DNA of 64,000 nucleotides. Source: an uncultured Gemmatimonadota bacterium (GTDB lineage Bacteria; Gemmatimonadota; Gemmatimonadetes; Palauibacterales; Palauibacteraceae). Where the stretch lies: positions 160,128-224,127 of the forward strand of contig CAZVIY010000001.1 of the NCBI GenBank assembly GCA_964627425.1. The letters run 5' to 3'. Positions 39,539 to 49,171 of the stretch are shown in pieces. A program made the translations under genes and the position numbers. Positions within the stretch are counted from its first letter, which is position 1; each line of letters starts with the position of its first letter. The notes under the pieces are model-generated. The model was given only the letters and a program-made list of their open reading frames with translations, made no database searches and had not been told where the DNA came from.

Positions 39539-40986
39539 CCAGCTCCTCCTTCCGATGTCACGTCCAGGCCGCGGCGCAGCCGCCGCGTCGATCGCTCCCG
39601 GCCCTGGGCCCAGATGACCGACCCCAGCTCCGGTCCCTCCAGCTCACCGGTCAGGGCCGCCCGGAGGGGATGATAGAGGTCCCGTCCCCGGACGCCCGAC
39701 GCCCGGGAGGCCCGGTCCACGGCCTCCTCGATCCCCTCGCGCTCCCACCGGTCCAGGGATTCCAGCTCCTCCAGGAGCTCGGACAGGACCGCCCTCGTCG
39801 AATCCCCCGCCAGGGCGTCCCGGATCTCGGGCCGGGCCGGGTCCGGCTCCCCGAAGATGGTCTCCGCGTCGTCCCGGGCCTCGGAGAAGAGGTGGATCCG
39901 GTCCCGGACCACCTCGGCGAACCGGAGCAGGTCCTCACCGCCCAGGGCGAGCTCCTCCACCGGGACGAACCCGGAGAGGGCCTCCGCCAGGCGCGCCGGG
40001 TCCTCCCGCCGGACGTGCTGGCCCGAGAGCCACTCCATCTTCTCCGGATCCAGGGCGGCATCGGAGGCCCCGATCCGGTCCAGGTCCACCTCCCGCACGA
40101 GCTCCTCCCGATCCAGGACCTCGCGGCCGCTCTCGCTGGACCAGCTCAGCAGCGACAGGTAGTTCACCACCCCGTCGGGATGGAATCCGCGGCGCCGGTA
40201 CTCCAGGACCGACGGCGAGCCCTCCCGCTTCGACAGGTTCGAGCCGTCGGGCCCCAGGACCAGGGGGATGTGGGCGAATTCGGGGGGAGGGGCCGAGAGG
40301 GCCCTGTACAGGAGGACCTGCTTCGGCGTGTTCGAGAGGTGCCCCGACCCCCGGATCACGTGGGTGATCTCCATGTCGATGTCGTCCACCACCACGGCGA
40401 AATTGTAGGTGGGCCGTCCGTCGGAGCGCAGGATCACGAAGTCACCGAACTCCGAGCCCTCGATGGTGACCTCCCCCCGGACCCGGTCCCGGACGGCCAC
40501 CGGTCCGGGCTCCACCCGGAACCGGACCGTGGGCTCCCGTCCCTCCGAACGGAGGGCCCGCTCCCGCTCGGCGCTCAGGTCCCTGCACCGACCGTCGTAG
40601 ACCGGCTGATCCCCCCGCTCCAGGGCCTCCCGCCGGCGCTCCTCCAGCTCGTCGGGGCTGCAGTAGCAGCGATACGCCCGTCCGCGCTCCAGCAGGCCCT
40701 CGGCCTCCGCACGGTACAGGTCGCCCCGCTCGCTCTGTCGATACGGTCCGTGGGGTCCCCCGGCCCGGGGTCCCTCGTCGGGTGTCAGGCCCAGCCAGTC
40801 CAGGCTCTCGTGGATCACCTCCTCCGCGCCGGAGGCCTCCCGCTGGAGGTCGGTGTCCTCGAACCGCAGGAGGAACCGCCCCCGGTGACGTCGGGCCACC
40901 AGCCAGTTCAGGAGGGCGGTGCGGGCGTTCCCCAGGTGCAGGTATCCGGTGGGACTGGGGGCGAACCGGGTGCGGACCTGGCTCAT
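39535..40986 (-). CDS. gltX: glutamyl-tRNA synthetase
   Basis: RFAPSPTGYLHLGNARTAL (HIGH motif) and LSKREG (KMSKS-like). ATGA overlaps at both ends. Confidence 0.93.
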   Translation of the reverse strand: MSQVRTRFAPSPTGYLHLGNARTALLNWLVARRHRGRFLLRFEDTDLQREASGAEEVIHESLDWLGLTPDEGPRAGGPHGPYRQSERGDLYRAEAEGLLERGRAYRCYCSPDELEERRREALERGDQPVYDGRCRDLSAERERALRSEGREPTVRFRVEPGPVAVRDRVRGEVTIEGSEFGDFVILRSDGRPTYNFAVVVDDIDMEITHVIRGSGHLSNTPKQVLLYRALSAPPPEFAHIPLVLGPDGSNLSKREGSPSVLEYRRRGFHPDGVVNYLSLLSWSSESGREVLDREELVREVDLDRIGASDAALDPEKMEWLSGQHVRREDPARLAEALSGFVPVEELALGGEDLLRFAEVVRDRIHLFSEARDDAETIFGEPDPARPEIRDALAGDSTRAVLSELLEELESLDRWEREGIEEAVDRASRASGVRGRDLYHPLRAALTGELEGPELGSVIWAQGRERSTRRLRRGLDVTSEGGAG

Positions 40987-41228
40987 CGTGGCTCCTGGTC
41001 GGGGGAATCCGGGGAGGCGGACCCGGCGGCCCGCTCCCGTCCGCCTCCGTCGGCGGTCGGGGGTCGGGCCTCGTGGCCCTCACACCGGAGGACGGGGAGC
41101 CGGGGGTAGCGGCGATAGCTCGGGTCCCGGGCCGCCCGGCGACAGAGCCAGAACCGCGACCCCCGGTCGCTCTCCACCACCCGGGCGTGCCGGCAGTCTC
41201 CGCAGAGTCCGGGGTCGGGGGACCTCAC
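40983..41228 (-). CDS. small Cys4 (zinc-ribbon-like) hypothetical protein
   Basis: 81 aa with GLCGDCRHARVVESDRGSRFWLCRRAARDPSYRRYPRLPVLRCEGH. GTGA overlap with the uvrC stop and ATGA overlap with the gltX start. Confidence 0.5.
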   Translation of the reverse strand: MRSPDPGLCGDCRHARVVESDRGSRFWLCRRAARDPSYRRYPRLPVLRCEGHEARPPTADGGGRERAAGSASPDSPDQEPR

Positions 41229-43123
41229 GCGGGTGATGAGCCGTTCCGGAGCCGCTCGCGGATCCGCCGGGCCGTCGTCGGGCCGATGCCGGAGACCTCC
41301 CGCAGCTCCTCCTCGCTGGCCTGCCGTACGGCGTCCAGGCTGCCGAAGCGACGGAGGAGCCGCTGTTCCCGCTCGGCGCCGACCCCCGGGACCTCCGAGA
41401 GGCGGGATCGCAGGGTGCGGCGCTTGCGCAGCGTTCGACTGTAGGTCACCGCGAAGCGGTGGGCTTCGTCCCGTGCCCGCTGGAGCCAGTGGAGCCCCGG
41501 ATCCGTCCGCGGGAGGCGGACGGGATCGGACCGTCCCGGCACGAACACCTCTTCGTCGCGCTTCGCCAGGGACGCCAGCGGCAGGTCGCCGGCCCCCGCC
41601 GCCGACTCCAGCGCCTGGGCGGCGGCCGCCATCTGGCCCTTCCCGCCGTCCACCAGTACCAGGTCGGGCAGCCGGTCCCCTTCCCTGACCCGTCGATCGA
41701 AGTACCGACCCACGATCTCCTGCATCATGGCGTAGTCGTCGGTCTCGCCCCGGGGGACCGACCGGATCCTGAACCTCCGGTATTCGTCCTTCGACGGGCG
41801 CCCGTCCTCCAGCCATACGGCGCTCCCGACGCTCTCGCTCCCCCCCAGCGTGGAGACGTCGAAGCAGAGGATGCTCCGGGGGGCCTCCTCCAGCTCCAGG
41901 GACTCGGCCAGCGACCGGGCGGCCCGGGGCGGCCCGCCCCCCCGCCCGTCTCCGTCTCCGTCGCCCCCGGCCGGGTCCTCACGCCGGTCGGCCCCGCCGC
42001 CTCCGTCCCGGGCCATCAGGTGCCGGGCGTTCTCCTCGGCCAGCTCGATGAGGCGCCGCTTCCGACCCCGCCGGGCCACGTGGATCCGGAACTCCCCGTC
42101 CCGACGGAGGGACAGGTACTCCTCCACCAGGTCCCGATCCGGGAAGTCCGACGGGACCACCAGCTCGGGGGGGAGATCCTCCTGCCGGAGGTAGGAGCCC
42201 TTCACCAGCGCCCCCACGACCCCGGCCTCCCCCTCACCGGAGGCGTTCCGGAGGTGGTGGACGTCCCGGCCGAGGAGCCGACCTCCCCGGACCCGGAGCA
42301 CCACGGCGCACGCCCGTTCGTCCCGCCGGACCACGCCCACCACGTCGCGATCTCCCCCCCGGAAGTCCACCGGCGTCCGTCGCCGCTCGAAGGACTCCAG
42401 CCCCTTGAGGACGTCCCGCAGCTCCCCGGCCCGCTCGAAGTCCCGGGCTTCGGCCGCCTCCTCCATCCGCGACCGGACCGACTCCTTCACCTCGCCGGTG
42501 TTCCCCTGGAGGACGCCCACCACCCGGTCGATCATCTCCCGATAGTCCTCCCGGTCCTGGTACCCGACGCAGGGCGCCCGACAGCGACCGATGTGGTAGT
42601 CCAGGCACGGGCGGTCCGGGGCGTCCTCGGGGAGGTCGTAGGAGCACGTCCGGACCGTGAAGACCTTCTTCACCATCCGGAGCGCCCGGCGCATGGCCCC
42701 CACGTCGGTGAAGGGACCGAAGTATCGTGATCCGTCCCGTTCCAGGCGCCGGGTGACGAAGACCCGGGGAAACGGCTCGTCCAGGGTGACCTTGATGTAG
42801 GGGTACGTCTTGTCGTCGCGGAGCTGGATGTTGTACCGGGGCGCGTGTTCCTTGATGAGGTTGGACTCCAGCAGCAGGGCCTCGGCCTCGGACTCCACCA
42901 CGAAGGTCTCCAGGTCGGCCAGCTCGGACCGGAGCCGGCGGACCTTGACGCCCATCCCCCGCTCGGAACCGAAGTAGCTCCGGACCCGGTCCCGGAGGGA
43001 CTTGGCCTTGCCCACGTAGAGGATCTCCCCGTCGGCGTCGCGGAAGAGGTAGACGCCGGGCCGATCGGGCAGGGACCGGACCTCCTCCAGGAGCGCCTCA
43101 GGATGGCTCGTCGGGGAGGTCAT
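41225..43123 (-). CDS. uvrC: excinuclease ABC subunit C
   Basis: GIY-YIG domain (GVYLFRDADGEILYVGKAKSL), a UVR domain, an Endo V-like domain and a C-terminal (HhH)2. Confidence 0.95.
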   Translation of the reverse strand: MTSPTSHPEALLEEVRSLPDRPGVYLFRDADGEILYVGKAKSLRDRVRSYFGSERGMGVKVRRLRSELADLETFVVESEAEALLLESNLIKEHAPRYNIQLRDDKTYPYIKVTLDEPFPRVFVTRRLERDGSRYFGPFTDVGAMRRALRMVKKVFTVRTCSYDLPEDAPDRPCLDYHIGRCRAPCVGYQDREDYREMIDRVVGVLQGNTGEVKESVRSRMEEAAEARDFERAGELRDVLKGLESFERRRTPVDFRGGDRDVVGVVRRDERACAVVLRVRGGRLLGRDVHHLRNASGEGEAGVVGALVKGSYLRQEDLPPELVVPSDFPDRDLVEEYLSLRRDGEFRIHVARRGRKRRLIELAEENARHLMARDGGGGADRREDPAGGDGDGDGRGGGPPRAARSLAESLELEEAPRSILCFDVSTLGGSESVGSAVWLEDGRPSKDEYRRFRIRSVPRGETDDYAMMQEIVGRYFDRRVREGDRLPDLVLVDGGKGQMAAAAQALESAAGAGDLPLASLAKRDEEVFVPGRSDPVRLPRTDPGLHWLQRARDEAHRFAVTYSRTLRKRRTLRSRLSEVPGVGAEREQRLLRRFGSLDAVRQASEEELREVSGIGPTTARRIRERLRNGSSPA

Positions 43124-44675
43124 CGGCAGAGGGGCGCCTGAAGACGCGAGGAGGTTTGCGGGCGATGGCGAGGTATGGTACCCCCGCCGCGAGGAGCGTT
43201 CCGGCCAGCACCGCCGCCGCCGGGAGCGTCCCCGCGGAGGGTTCCAGCCGGGACTCCAGCATCCCCCGGGCCAGCCATCCGACGCCCCCTCCCGCCGCCG
43301 CCGCGACGCCCAGGGTCACCAGGGGGCGGAGCGCCCGTCTCGGGAAGAGGCGGCCGATCCGACGGCCCAGCGCCCACCACAGGAGCCCCAGGTTCAGCCA
43401 CGCCCCGATGGCCCCGCCCAGGGGGATCCCCGGCGCCCCCAGCGGCTGCATGAGCAGGGCGCTGCAGGCCACCCCCGACCCGACGGCGACCGCGGTGATC
43501 TTCATGGGCGTCCGGGTGTCGCCCACCGCGTGAAACCCGCTGGCGAAGAGCTTCACCGAACTCGACGCCACCACCCCCATGGAGTAGGCGATGAGGATGG
43601 CGGTCACCCGGGCCGTGCTGGCCGCGTCGAACTCGCCCCGCTGGAAGAGGACCTGGACCATCAGGTCGCCGAAGAGGATCATGGCCACGGCCGAGGGGAG
43701 CACGAAGAAGAGGATCTGGAAGAACCCGTTGCCCAGCCTGGCCCTCAGGTGCTCGGCCGTCCGCTCCCGGGACATCTCGGGGAGCGACGCGGCGGCCACC
43801 GAGATCCCGAAGAGGCTCAGGGGGAGGTACACGATCCGCTGGGCAAAGTAGAGGCCGGCCATGGCGCCCTGGGCCAGGAAGCTGGCCAGGAAGACGTCGG
43901 CCAGGCTCGCCACCTGGAAGACCCCCTGACTGGCGGCCACGGGCCCCATGTTCCGTATCACCTTCCGGAGCGGCTCCCAGCTCCACCCCAGGCGCGGCTC
44001 CAGGGAGCCCCCGAGGAGTCGCCGCGCCGTGGGGAGCTGGACCGCCAGCTGGAGGACGCCCCCGAGGAGGGCGGACCAGGCGAGGACGTGGATCAGCGAG
44101 TCCCACCCCAGGTACGCCCCCAGGAGCAGCCCTCCCACCTGCGCCAGGTTCCAGACCACCGGGGCCACGAACGGCAGGAAGAAGCGCCGGTGGCTGTTCA
44201 GGACCCCCAGGGCCCACGCGGCCACCATGAAGGCGCCGGCCATGGGGAACAGGATCCGGACCAGCTCGGTGGTGAGCGCCTCCGCCTCGCCGCCGAGGCC
44301 CGGCGCCACCGCCCGGGTGATCCAGGGGGCCAGGAGCACCCCGAGGGCGCTCAGCAGGCACGCCAGCACCAGCATGGTCCCCAGCATGGAGCGGGCGAGG
44401 CGCCGGGCCTCCGCTTCCCCGTCCTCCTCGGCCTCCCCCTCCTGGCCGGCGAGGAGGTGGCTGTAGGCCGGGACGAACGCCGCCGACAGGGTCCCCTCCC
44501 CCAGCAGGTTCCGGATGACGTTGGGGATCTTCAGCGCATAGCTGAAGGCGTCGGCGGCGATCCCCGTGCCGAAGAACCCGGCGAAGGCCAGGTCGCGGGC
44601 GAACCCGGAGATCCGGCTCAGGAAGATGCCTCCCCCCACCGAGAAGGCCGACCGGCCGGTGTCCTCCCCGCTCAC
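43098..44675 (-). CDS. murJ: lipid II flippase MurJ (MviN)
   Basis: SRISGFARDLAFAGFFG N-terminus and a 14-TM MOP-family pattern. GTG 44675 overlaps the bshC stop (GTGA). The 3' end overlaps uvrC by 26 nt. Confidence 0.9.
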   Translation of the reverse strand: MSGEDTGRSAFSVGGGIFLSRISGFARDLAFAGFFGTGIAADAFSYALKIPNVIRNLLGEGTLSAAFVPAYSHLLAGQEGEAEEDGEAEARRLARSMLGTMLVLACLLSALGVLLAPWITRAVAPGLGGEAEALTTELVRILFPMAGAFMVAAWALGVLNSHRRFFLPFVAPVVWNLAQVGGLLLGAYLGWDSLIHVLAWSALLGGVLQLAVQLPTARRLLGGSLEPRLGWSWEPLRKVIRNMGPVAASQGVFQVASLADVFLASFLAQGAMAGLYFAQRIVYLPLSLFGISVAAASLPEMSRERTAEHLRARLGNGFFQILFFVLPSAVAMILFGDLMVQVLFQRGEFDAASTARVTAILIAYSMGVVASSSVKLFASGFHAVGDTRTPMKITAVAVGSGVACSALLMQPLGAPGIPLGGAIGAWLNLGLLWWALGRRIGRLFPRRALRPLVTLGVAAAAGGGVGWLARGMLESRLEPSAGTLPAAAVLAGTLLAAGVPYLAIARKPPRVFRRPSADDLPDEPS

Positions 44676-46276
44676 CCCTCCACGCCCTCCGTCCCGTGCC
44701 CCGCTCCGACCCGGCGACGGGTGGCCCGGTCCACGGCCTCCACGAACGCCCCGTCGTAGCGGGCCAGGTAGTACAGGGGGCTCAGCATCCGCTCCTGCGG
44801 GCGCCCGCCCGGGTACAGGTGACGGGCCGCCTTGCGGATCTGGGCGATTCGGCTCTCCTGCCGCTCCTCCACCCGGCCATCCACCGAGGCTTCCAGCTCG
44901 TCCACCGCCTCGAAGAGGCGGCTCCGGGCCTTGCCCACCGAGGCCCGGATGCCCGGCAGCTCGTCGCCCACCGCCCCCTCCACTCCCTGGAGCCCCCGTC
45001 CGATGGCGCTCCGGAGGTCCGCCAGCGCCTCGTCCACCCCCCGTGGACGTGAGCGAGCCACGACCTCGTCCACCAGGGACGCCCCGCCGTCCCGGAACCC
45101 CTCCGGCTCGGCCCCGAAGCTCCGGAGGACCTTCGCCACCTTCTCCTCGAGGACGGCCCAGGAGGGGCGGGCCGTGACCGCCGGCATCGGCACCCCGCGG
45201 AGCTCGAAGAGCCCGGAGAGCTGGGCCCAGTACGCGAGCTCTCCCGGTCCCAGCACCGTACGGGCCACCGGGAGGAGCCACGCCTCCAGCACCGGACGGA
45301 GCGCCACGTTGGGGCTGAAGGCGCCGGGCTCCTCCTCCATCCGCTCCCGGACCTCGGCCAGGGGGCTGGCGGCGCCGTCCCGCCCCACCAGGACGTCGTC
45401 GCCGTCCCTGTAGAGACGGAGACGCTCCTCTCCCGTGTCCCGGAACACGTGGGTGGCGCCCTCCAGGAGCGGCATCTGGAGGTCGTAGCCCGCCGCCGTG
45501 ACACGCTCGCTGCTCCGCCGGACGGCGTCCGCTTCCTCCCGGGCGCGCTCCACGCTCTCCAGGAGGAACGGCGCGGCGGCGCGCTTCACCGCGGGGCCGG
45601 CGGCGTCGAGGACGGCCAGCGGACGGGGCGCCACCAGGCGGAGGAGGAACCGCGCGAAGGCCTCGCCCAGGGCCCGGTCCGGTCGATGCGTATCTCGAAT
45701 CAACTCGATGTAACCACCCACAAACTCGGACGCTGGAAGGAGTTCCGATATCTCATCGATCCGGTCCTCCACCCGGTCCGGCAGCGGCGCGGCACCGGCC
45801 GGCCGGCCGACCCACCCCGCCGGCGGCTCGAGCCGCACCGTGCGGAGCTCGTTCTCCAGATCCAGGAGACGGAGGGACCCGGCTTCCTCCCAGTCGTGGT
45901 CGTCCGATCCCACCCAGAACATGGCCAGGGCCGGATCCCCGGTCTCCGCCTCCAGCCGCTCGGCCACGGCCACCGCGGCGAGCACCTTGTAGAGCACGTA
46001 GAGCGGTCCCCCGAAAGCCACCGGCTGCTGGCCGGTGGAGACGAGACGGCCCCGCCCCTCGAGCGCCGCCTCGAGCCGGCGCCGGGCCCCCTCGCCCGTC
46101 ACCCGGAACGCGTCGGCTCCCAGGCGCCCCCGGCGCTTCCGGTCCCCCTCGACCTCCGGCGGACGCAGGAGCTCTCCCGCCCTCTCCCGGCCCCGGACGA
46201 AGTCGCCCGCCACCGTCCCCTCGGGCGCCAGGGGACGGGACCGTATCTCCGGGGGCGCGGCGCCGCTCCCGCTCAT
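44672..46276 (-). CDS. bshC: bacillithiol biosynthesis cysteine-adding enzyme BshC
   Basis: 534 aa with the hallmark TGQQPVAFGGPLYVLYK, GPGELAYWAQL and a coiled-coil C-terminus. Confidence 0.85.
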   Translation of the reverse strand: MSGSGAAPPEIRSRPLAPEGTVAGDFVRGRERAGELLRPPEVEGDRKRRGRLGADAFRVTGEGARRRLEAALEGRGRLVSTGQQPVAFGGPLYVLYKVLAAVAVAERLEAETGDPALAMFWVGSDDHDWEEAGSLRLLDLENELRTVRLEPPAGWVGRPAGAAPLPDRVEDRIDEISELLPASEFVGGYIELIRDTHRPDRALGEAFARFLLRLVAPRPLAVLDAAGPAVKRAAAPFLLESVERAREEADAVRRSSERVTAAGYDLQMPLLEGATHVFRDTGEERLRLYRDGDDVLVGRDGAASPLAEVRERMEEEPGAFSPNVALRPVLEAWLLPVARTVLGPGELAYWAQLSGLFELRGVPMPAVTARPSWAVLEEKVAKVLRSFGAEPEGFRDGGASLVDEVVARSRPRGVDEALADLRSAIGRGLQGVEGAVGDELPGIRASVGKARSRLFEAVDELEASVDGRVEERQESRIAQIRKAARHLYPGGRPQERMLSPLYYLARYDGAFVEAVDRATRRRVGAGHGTEGVEG

Positions 46277-47106
46277 TCCGTCCCGGAGGCCCGGAGCCCG
46301 GTCCCGGCGGTCCGACCGGTCGCCCGCGGGGCCTGGAGGCGCGCCACCAGGATCGCCCGGGAGGAGTCCCGGGCGTGGGGACGGCCGTCGTAGTCCCCCA
46401 GCCGGTCCTCCACCCGGAACCCCCGGCTCCGCACCATCTCCTCCAGCTCACCGGCCTCGTACAGGCGGACGCGCTCGTGATAGACGGCGGGGGAGGCCTC
46501 GCCCCCTTCGGCCGGCTCGCTCCCTTCCGCCGGGTGGATCTCGATGCGCTTCTCCACCATCCCTCCCTCGATCCAGCGACGCTGGATCACCCGCCGCCCC
46601 CCCACCTCGCGCTCGTCCTCCGGGACCAGCTCCTCCCGGACCCGCGTGGCGTTGAGGTAGTCCAGGAAGAACGCGCCGCCGGGGGCCAGCACCCGGGCTG
46701 CCTCGTCCAGCACCAGGCCGTCGTCGGCGGGATCGCGAAAATACCCGAACGAGGTGAAGAAGCTGGCCACCGCCTGGAAGCAGGAGCCGGAGAACGGGAG
46801 GAGCCGCATGTCCCCCCGGACCAGACGGGACGCGCCGGAACGAGCCGCTTCCGCCAGGAGGGGCGTCGAGAGGTCCAGGCCGACGGCCGTCCGTTCCCGC
46901 TCCCGGAAGGCTTCCAGGTGCCGACCCGCCCCGCATCCCAGGTCGAGGATCGGGCCGGGGGACGGGTCCGCCCGCTCCAGGAGGAGGTCCACCGCCTCCC
47001 TGGCCTCGTCCCGGTCCCGGTGGGGATAGAGCTCCAGGTACCGGGTCCCGAACCACCTCCGGTACCACGGCTCCCGCCCGGCGTCGGACCCCTCGCCCCG
47101 GCTCAT
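46273..47106 (-). CDS. class I SAM-dependent methyltransferase
   Basis: SAM motif ILDLGCGAGRH and LAPGGAFFLD. ATGA overlaps with rlmH (upstream) and bshC (downstream). Confidence 0.85.
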   Translation of the reverse strand: MSRGEGSDAGREPWYRRWFGTRYLELYPHRDRDEAREAVDLLLERADPSPGPILDLGCGAGRHLEAFRERERTAVGLDLSTPLLAEAARSGASRLVRGDMRLLPFSGSCFQAVASFFTSFGYFRDPADDGLVLDEAARVLAPGGAFFLDYLNATRVREELVPEDEREVGGRRVIQRRWIEGGMVEKRIEIHPAEGSEPAEGGEASPAVYHERVRLYEAGELEEMVRSRGFRVEDRLGDYDGRPHARDSSRAILVARLQAPRATGRTAGTGLRASGTE

Positions 47107-47573
47107 GGGCCTCGATGATACGGTTCGCCGGCGATGATCGTCCCGGCGCGGTAGAGCTGCTCGGCCATCACGAGGCGCGCCAGATCGTGGGGCAGGGTCA
47201 TGGGAGACAGGGACAGCCGGTACCGGGCCCGCTCCAGCACGTCCCGGCCGAGCCCCCCGGCTCCTCCGACGATGAAGGCGGCGCCGGGGTGGCCGTAGGT
47301 CTGCATCCGCTCCAGATGGGCCGCCAGCCCCCGGGAGGACATCCCCTTCCCCTCCCGGGTGAGGGCGAACCAGTCCAGCTCCTCCGGCACGGCCTCCACC
47401 AGGCGTCGGGCCTCGGCCGGGCGGGCTCCGTCGTCCCCCCCGGCTCCCCCTCCCGCCGGGACCTCACGGACCTCGAACCGGAAGTAGCGGCCCGCACGCC
47501 GCTGATAGTCGGAGATCATCTCCGACATGGGACCGGACCCGGGAGACCCCACCGCCGCGAGCACGATGCGCAC
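47103..47573 (-). CDS. rlmH: 23S rRNA (pseudouridine1915-N3)-methyltransferase RlmH
   Basis: A VRIVLAAVG N-terminus (compare E. coli MKLQLVAVG) and the SPOUT C-terminus SLSPMTLPHDLARLVMAEQLYRA. GTG 47573 is preferred. ATG 47609 would overlap nadB by 31 nt. Confidence 0.88.
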   Translation of the reverse strand: MRIVLAAVGSPGSGPMSEMISDYQRRAGRYFRFEVREVPAGGGAGGDDGARPAEARRLVEAVPEELDWFALTREGKGMSSRGLAAHLERMQTYGHPGAAFIVGGAGGLGRDVLERARYRLSLSPMTLPHDLARLVMAEQLYRAGTIIAGEPYHRGP

Positions 47574-47578
47574 GGCCC

Positions 47579-49171
47579 CTACCGGACCAGGACGGTGTCG
47601 TGGAGACACCGTTCGCTGTCCCTGTGGGGATGCGTCCGGTTGTAGTGGAGGCCCCGGCTCTCGGGACGCCCGGCGGCGGACCGGACCACCAGGGCGGCCA
47701 CCTCCCGCATGAGCTGGACCTCCCGGAGGGCCAGGGCCCCCGGCGGCGTCCCGTCCCAGCGAAGGTCGATCCGGCGGAGCCGCCGGATCTCCTCGTCGGC
47801 CGCCGCCAGGCCCTCGTCACTCCGGACGATCCCCACCCGCTCCCACATGAGGTCCCGCAGCCTCTCGGCCACGGCCTCCGGCGGCGTCCCGGCCTCGGCG
47901 AGCTCCGGCGGCCCGGGCGGGGCGCCGGCCTCCTCCGTCCCTCCGGTGCCGCCCGATCCCGGGGGACGGAGGTCGCCCCGGAGGAACCGTCCCGCACGAG
48001 CGGCCAGGACCACCGCCTCCAGGAGGGAGTTGCTGGCCAGGCGGTTCGCGCCGTGGACCCCCGTGCAGGCCACCTCTCCCGCGGCCAGCAGGCCGGGCAG
48101 GCTCGTCCGCCCGGCCCGATCCGTCCTCACCCCCCCGCACAGGTAGTGGGCCGCCGGCACCACGGGGATCGGCTCGTCCGGGACCGCGATCCCCTCCTCC
48201 CGACACCGCTCGGCGATGGTGGGGAACCGGCGGGTGAACTCGGCGGTGTCCTGGCCCGACGCGTCCAGGAGCACGTGGGAGTCCCCGCTCCGCTCCATCA
48301 CCCGGTGGATCGCCCGGGCCATCACGTCGCGAGGAGCCAGGGAACCCGCCGGATGGTACTCCTCCATGAATTCGGTCCCGTCGATCCGTCGGAGCACCGC
48401 CCCCTCCCCCCGGACGGCCTCCGAGATCAGGAACGCCCGCGAACCGGCCGGATAGAGGGCCGTCGGATGGAACTGGACGAACTCCAGGTTGGCCACCGCC
48501 GCCCCGATCCGATAGGCGAGGGCCACCCCGCCGCCCGTGGCGATGGGGGGATTGGTGGTGTGCCGGTACAGCCCCCCGGCCCCACCCGTGGCCAGCATCA
48601 CGGCCGACGCCCGGACGTCCACCCAGGACCCGTCCTCCACGTCCAGCGCCAGGGCCCCGGTGCATCGGGGCGTCCCGCTCTCCGGGTCCGGGCCGGCCCG
48701 GAGGGACCACACGAAGTGATCGTCCAGCACCGTGATCCCTTCCGTCCGGGAGACGGCCGAGAGGAGGGCCCCCTCGATCTCCCTGCCCGTGAGATCGGCC
48801 GAATGGAGGATGCGCCGCCGACTGTGGCCTCCTTCCATCCCCAGGGCCAGGTCGCCCTGGTCCCTGCTGAACTCCACCCCCAGGTCCATGAGTTCCCGTA
48901 CCCTGTCCGGGCCCTCCTCCACCACCATCTCCACCGCCGGCCGGTGGCAGAGCCCGGCTCCCGCCAGGAGCGTGTCCCGCACGTGGAGGTCGGGGCTGTC
49001 GCCCGGCGCCACCACGGCCGCGATGCCGCCCTGGGCGTAGTTCGTGTTCGTGTCCCCCCGGGCCTTCTTGGTCAGGACCAGGACCCGGGCATAGCGACTG
49101 GCTTCGAGGGCGAAGGTGAGCCCCGCGATGCCCGAGCCCACCACCACCACGTCGGTCTCCCGGCGTCTCAT
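47579..49171 (-). CDS. nadB: L-aspartate oxidase
   Basis: FAD motif VVVVGSGIAGL, plus HPTAL and GANRLASNSLLE. Confidence 0.93.
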   Translation of the reverse strand: MRRRETDVVVVGSGIAGLTFALEASRYARVLVLTKKARGDTNTNYAQGGIAAVVAPGDSPDLHVRDTLLAGAGLCHRPAVEMVVEEGPDRVRELMDLGVEFSRDQGDLALGMEGGHSRRRILHSADLTGREIEGALLSAVSRTEGITVLDDHFVWSLRAGPDPESGTPRCTGALALDVEDGSWVDVRASAVMLATGGAGGLYRHTTNPPIATGGGVALAYRIGAAVANLEFVQFHPTALYPAGSRAFLISEAVRGEGAVLRRIDGTEFMEEYHPAGSLAPRDVMARAIHRVMERSGDSHVLLDASGQDTAEFTRRFPTIAERCREEGIAVPDEPIPVVPAAHYLCGGVRTDRAGRTSLPGLLAAGEVACTGVHGANRLASNSLLEAVVLAARAGRFLRGDLRPPGSGGTGGTEEAGAPPGPPELAEAGTPPEAVAERLRDLMWERVGIVRSDEGLAAADEEIRRLRRIDLRWDGTPPGALALREVQLMREVAALVVRSAAGRPESRGLHYNRTHPHRDSERCLHDTVLVR

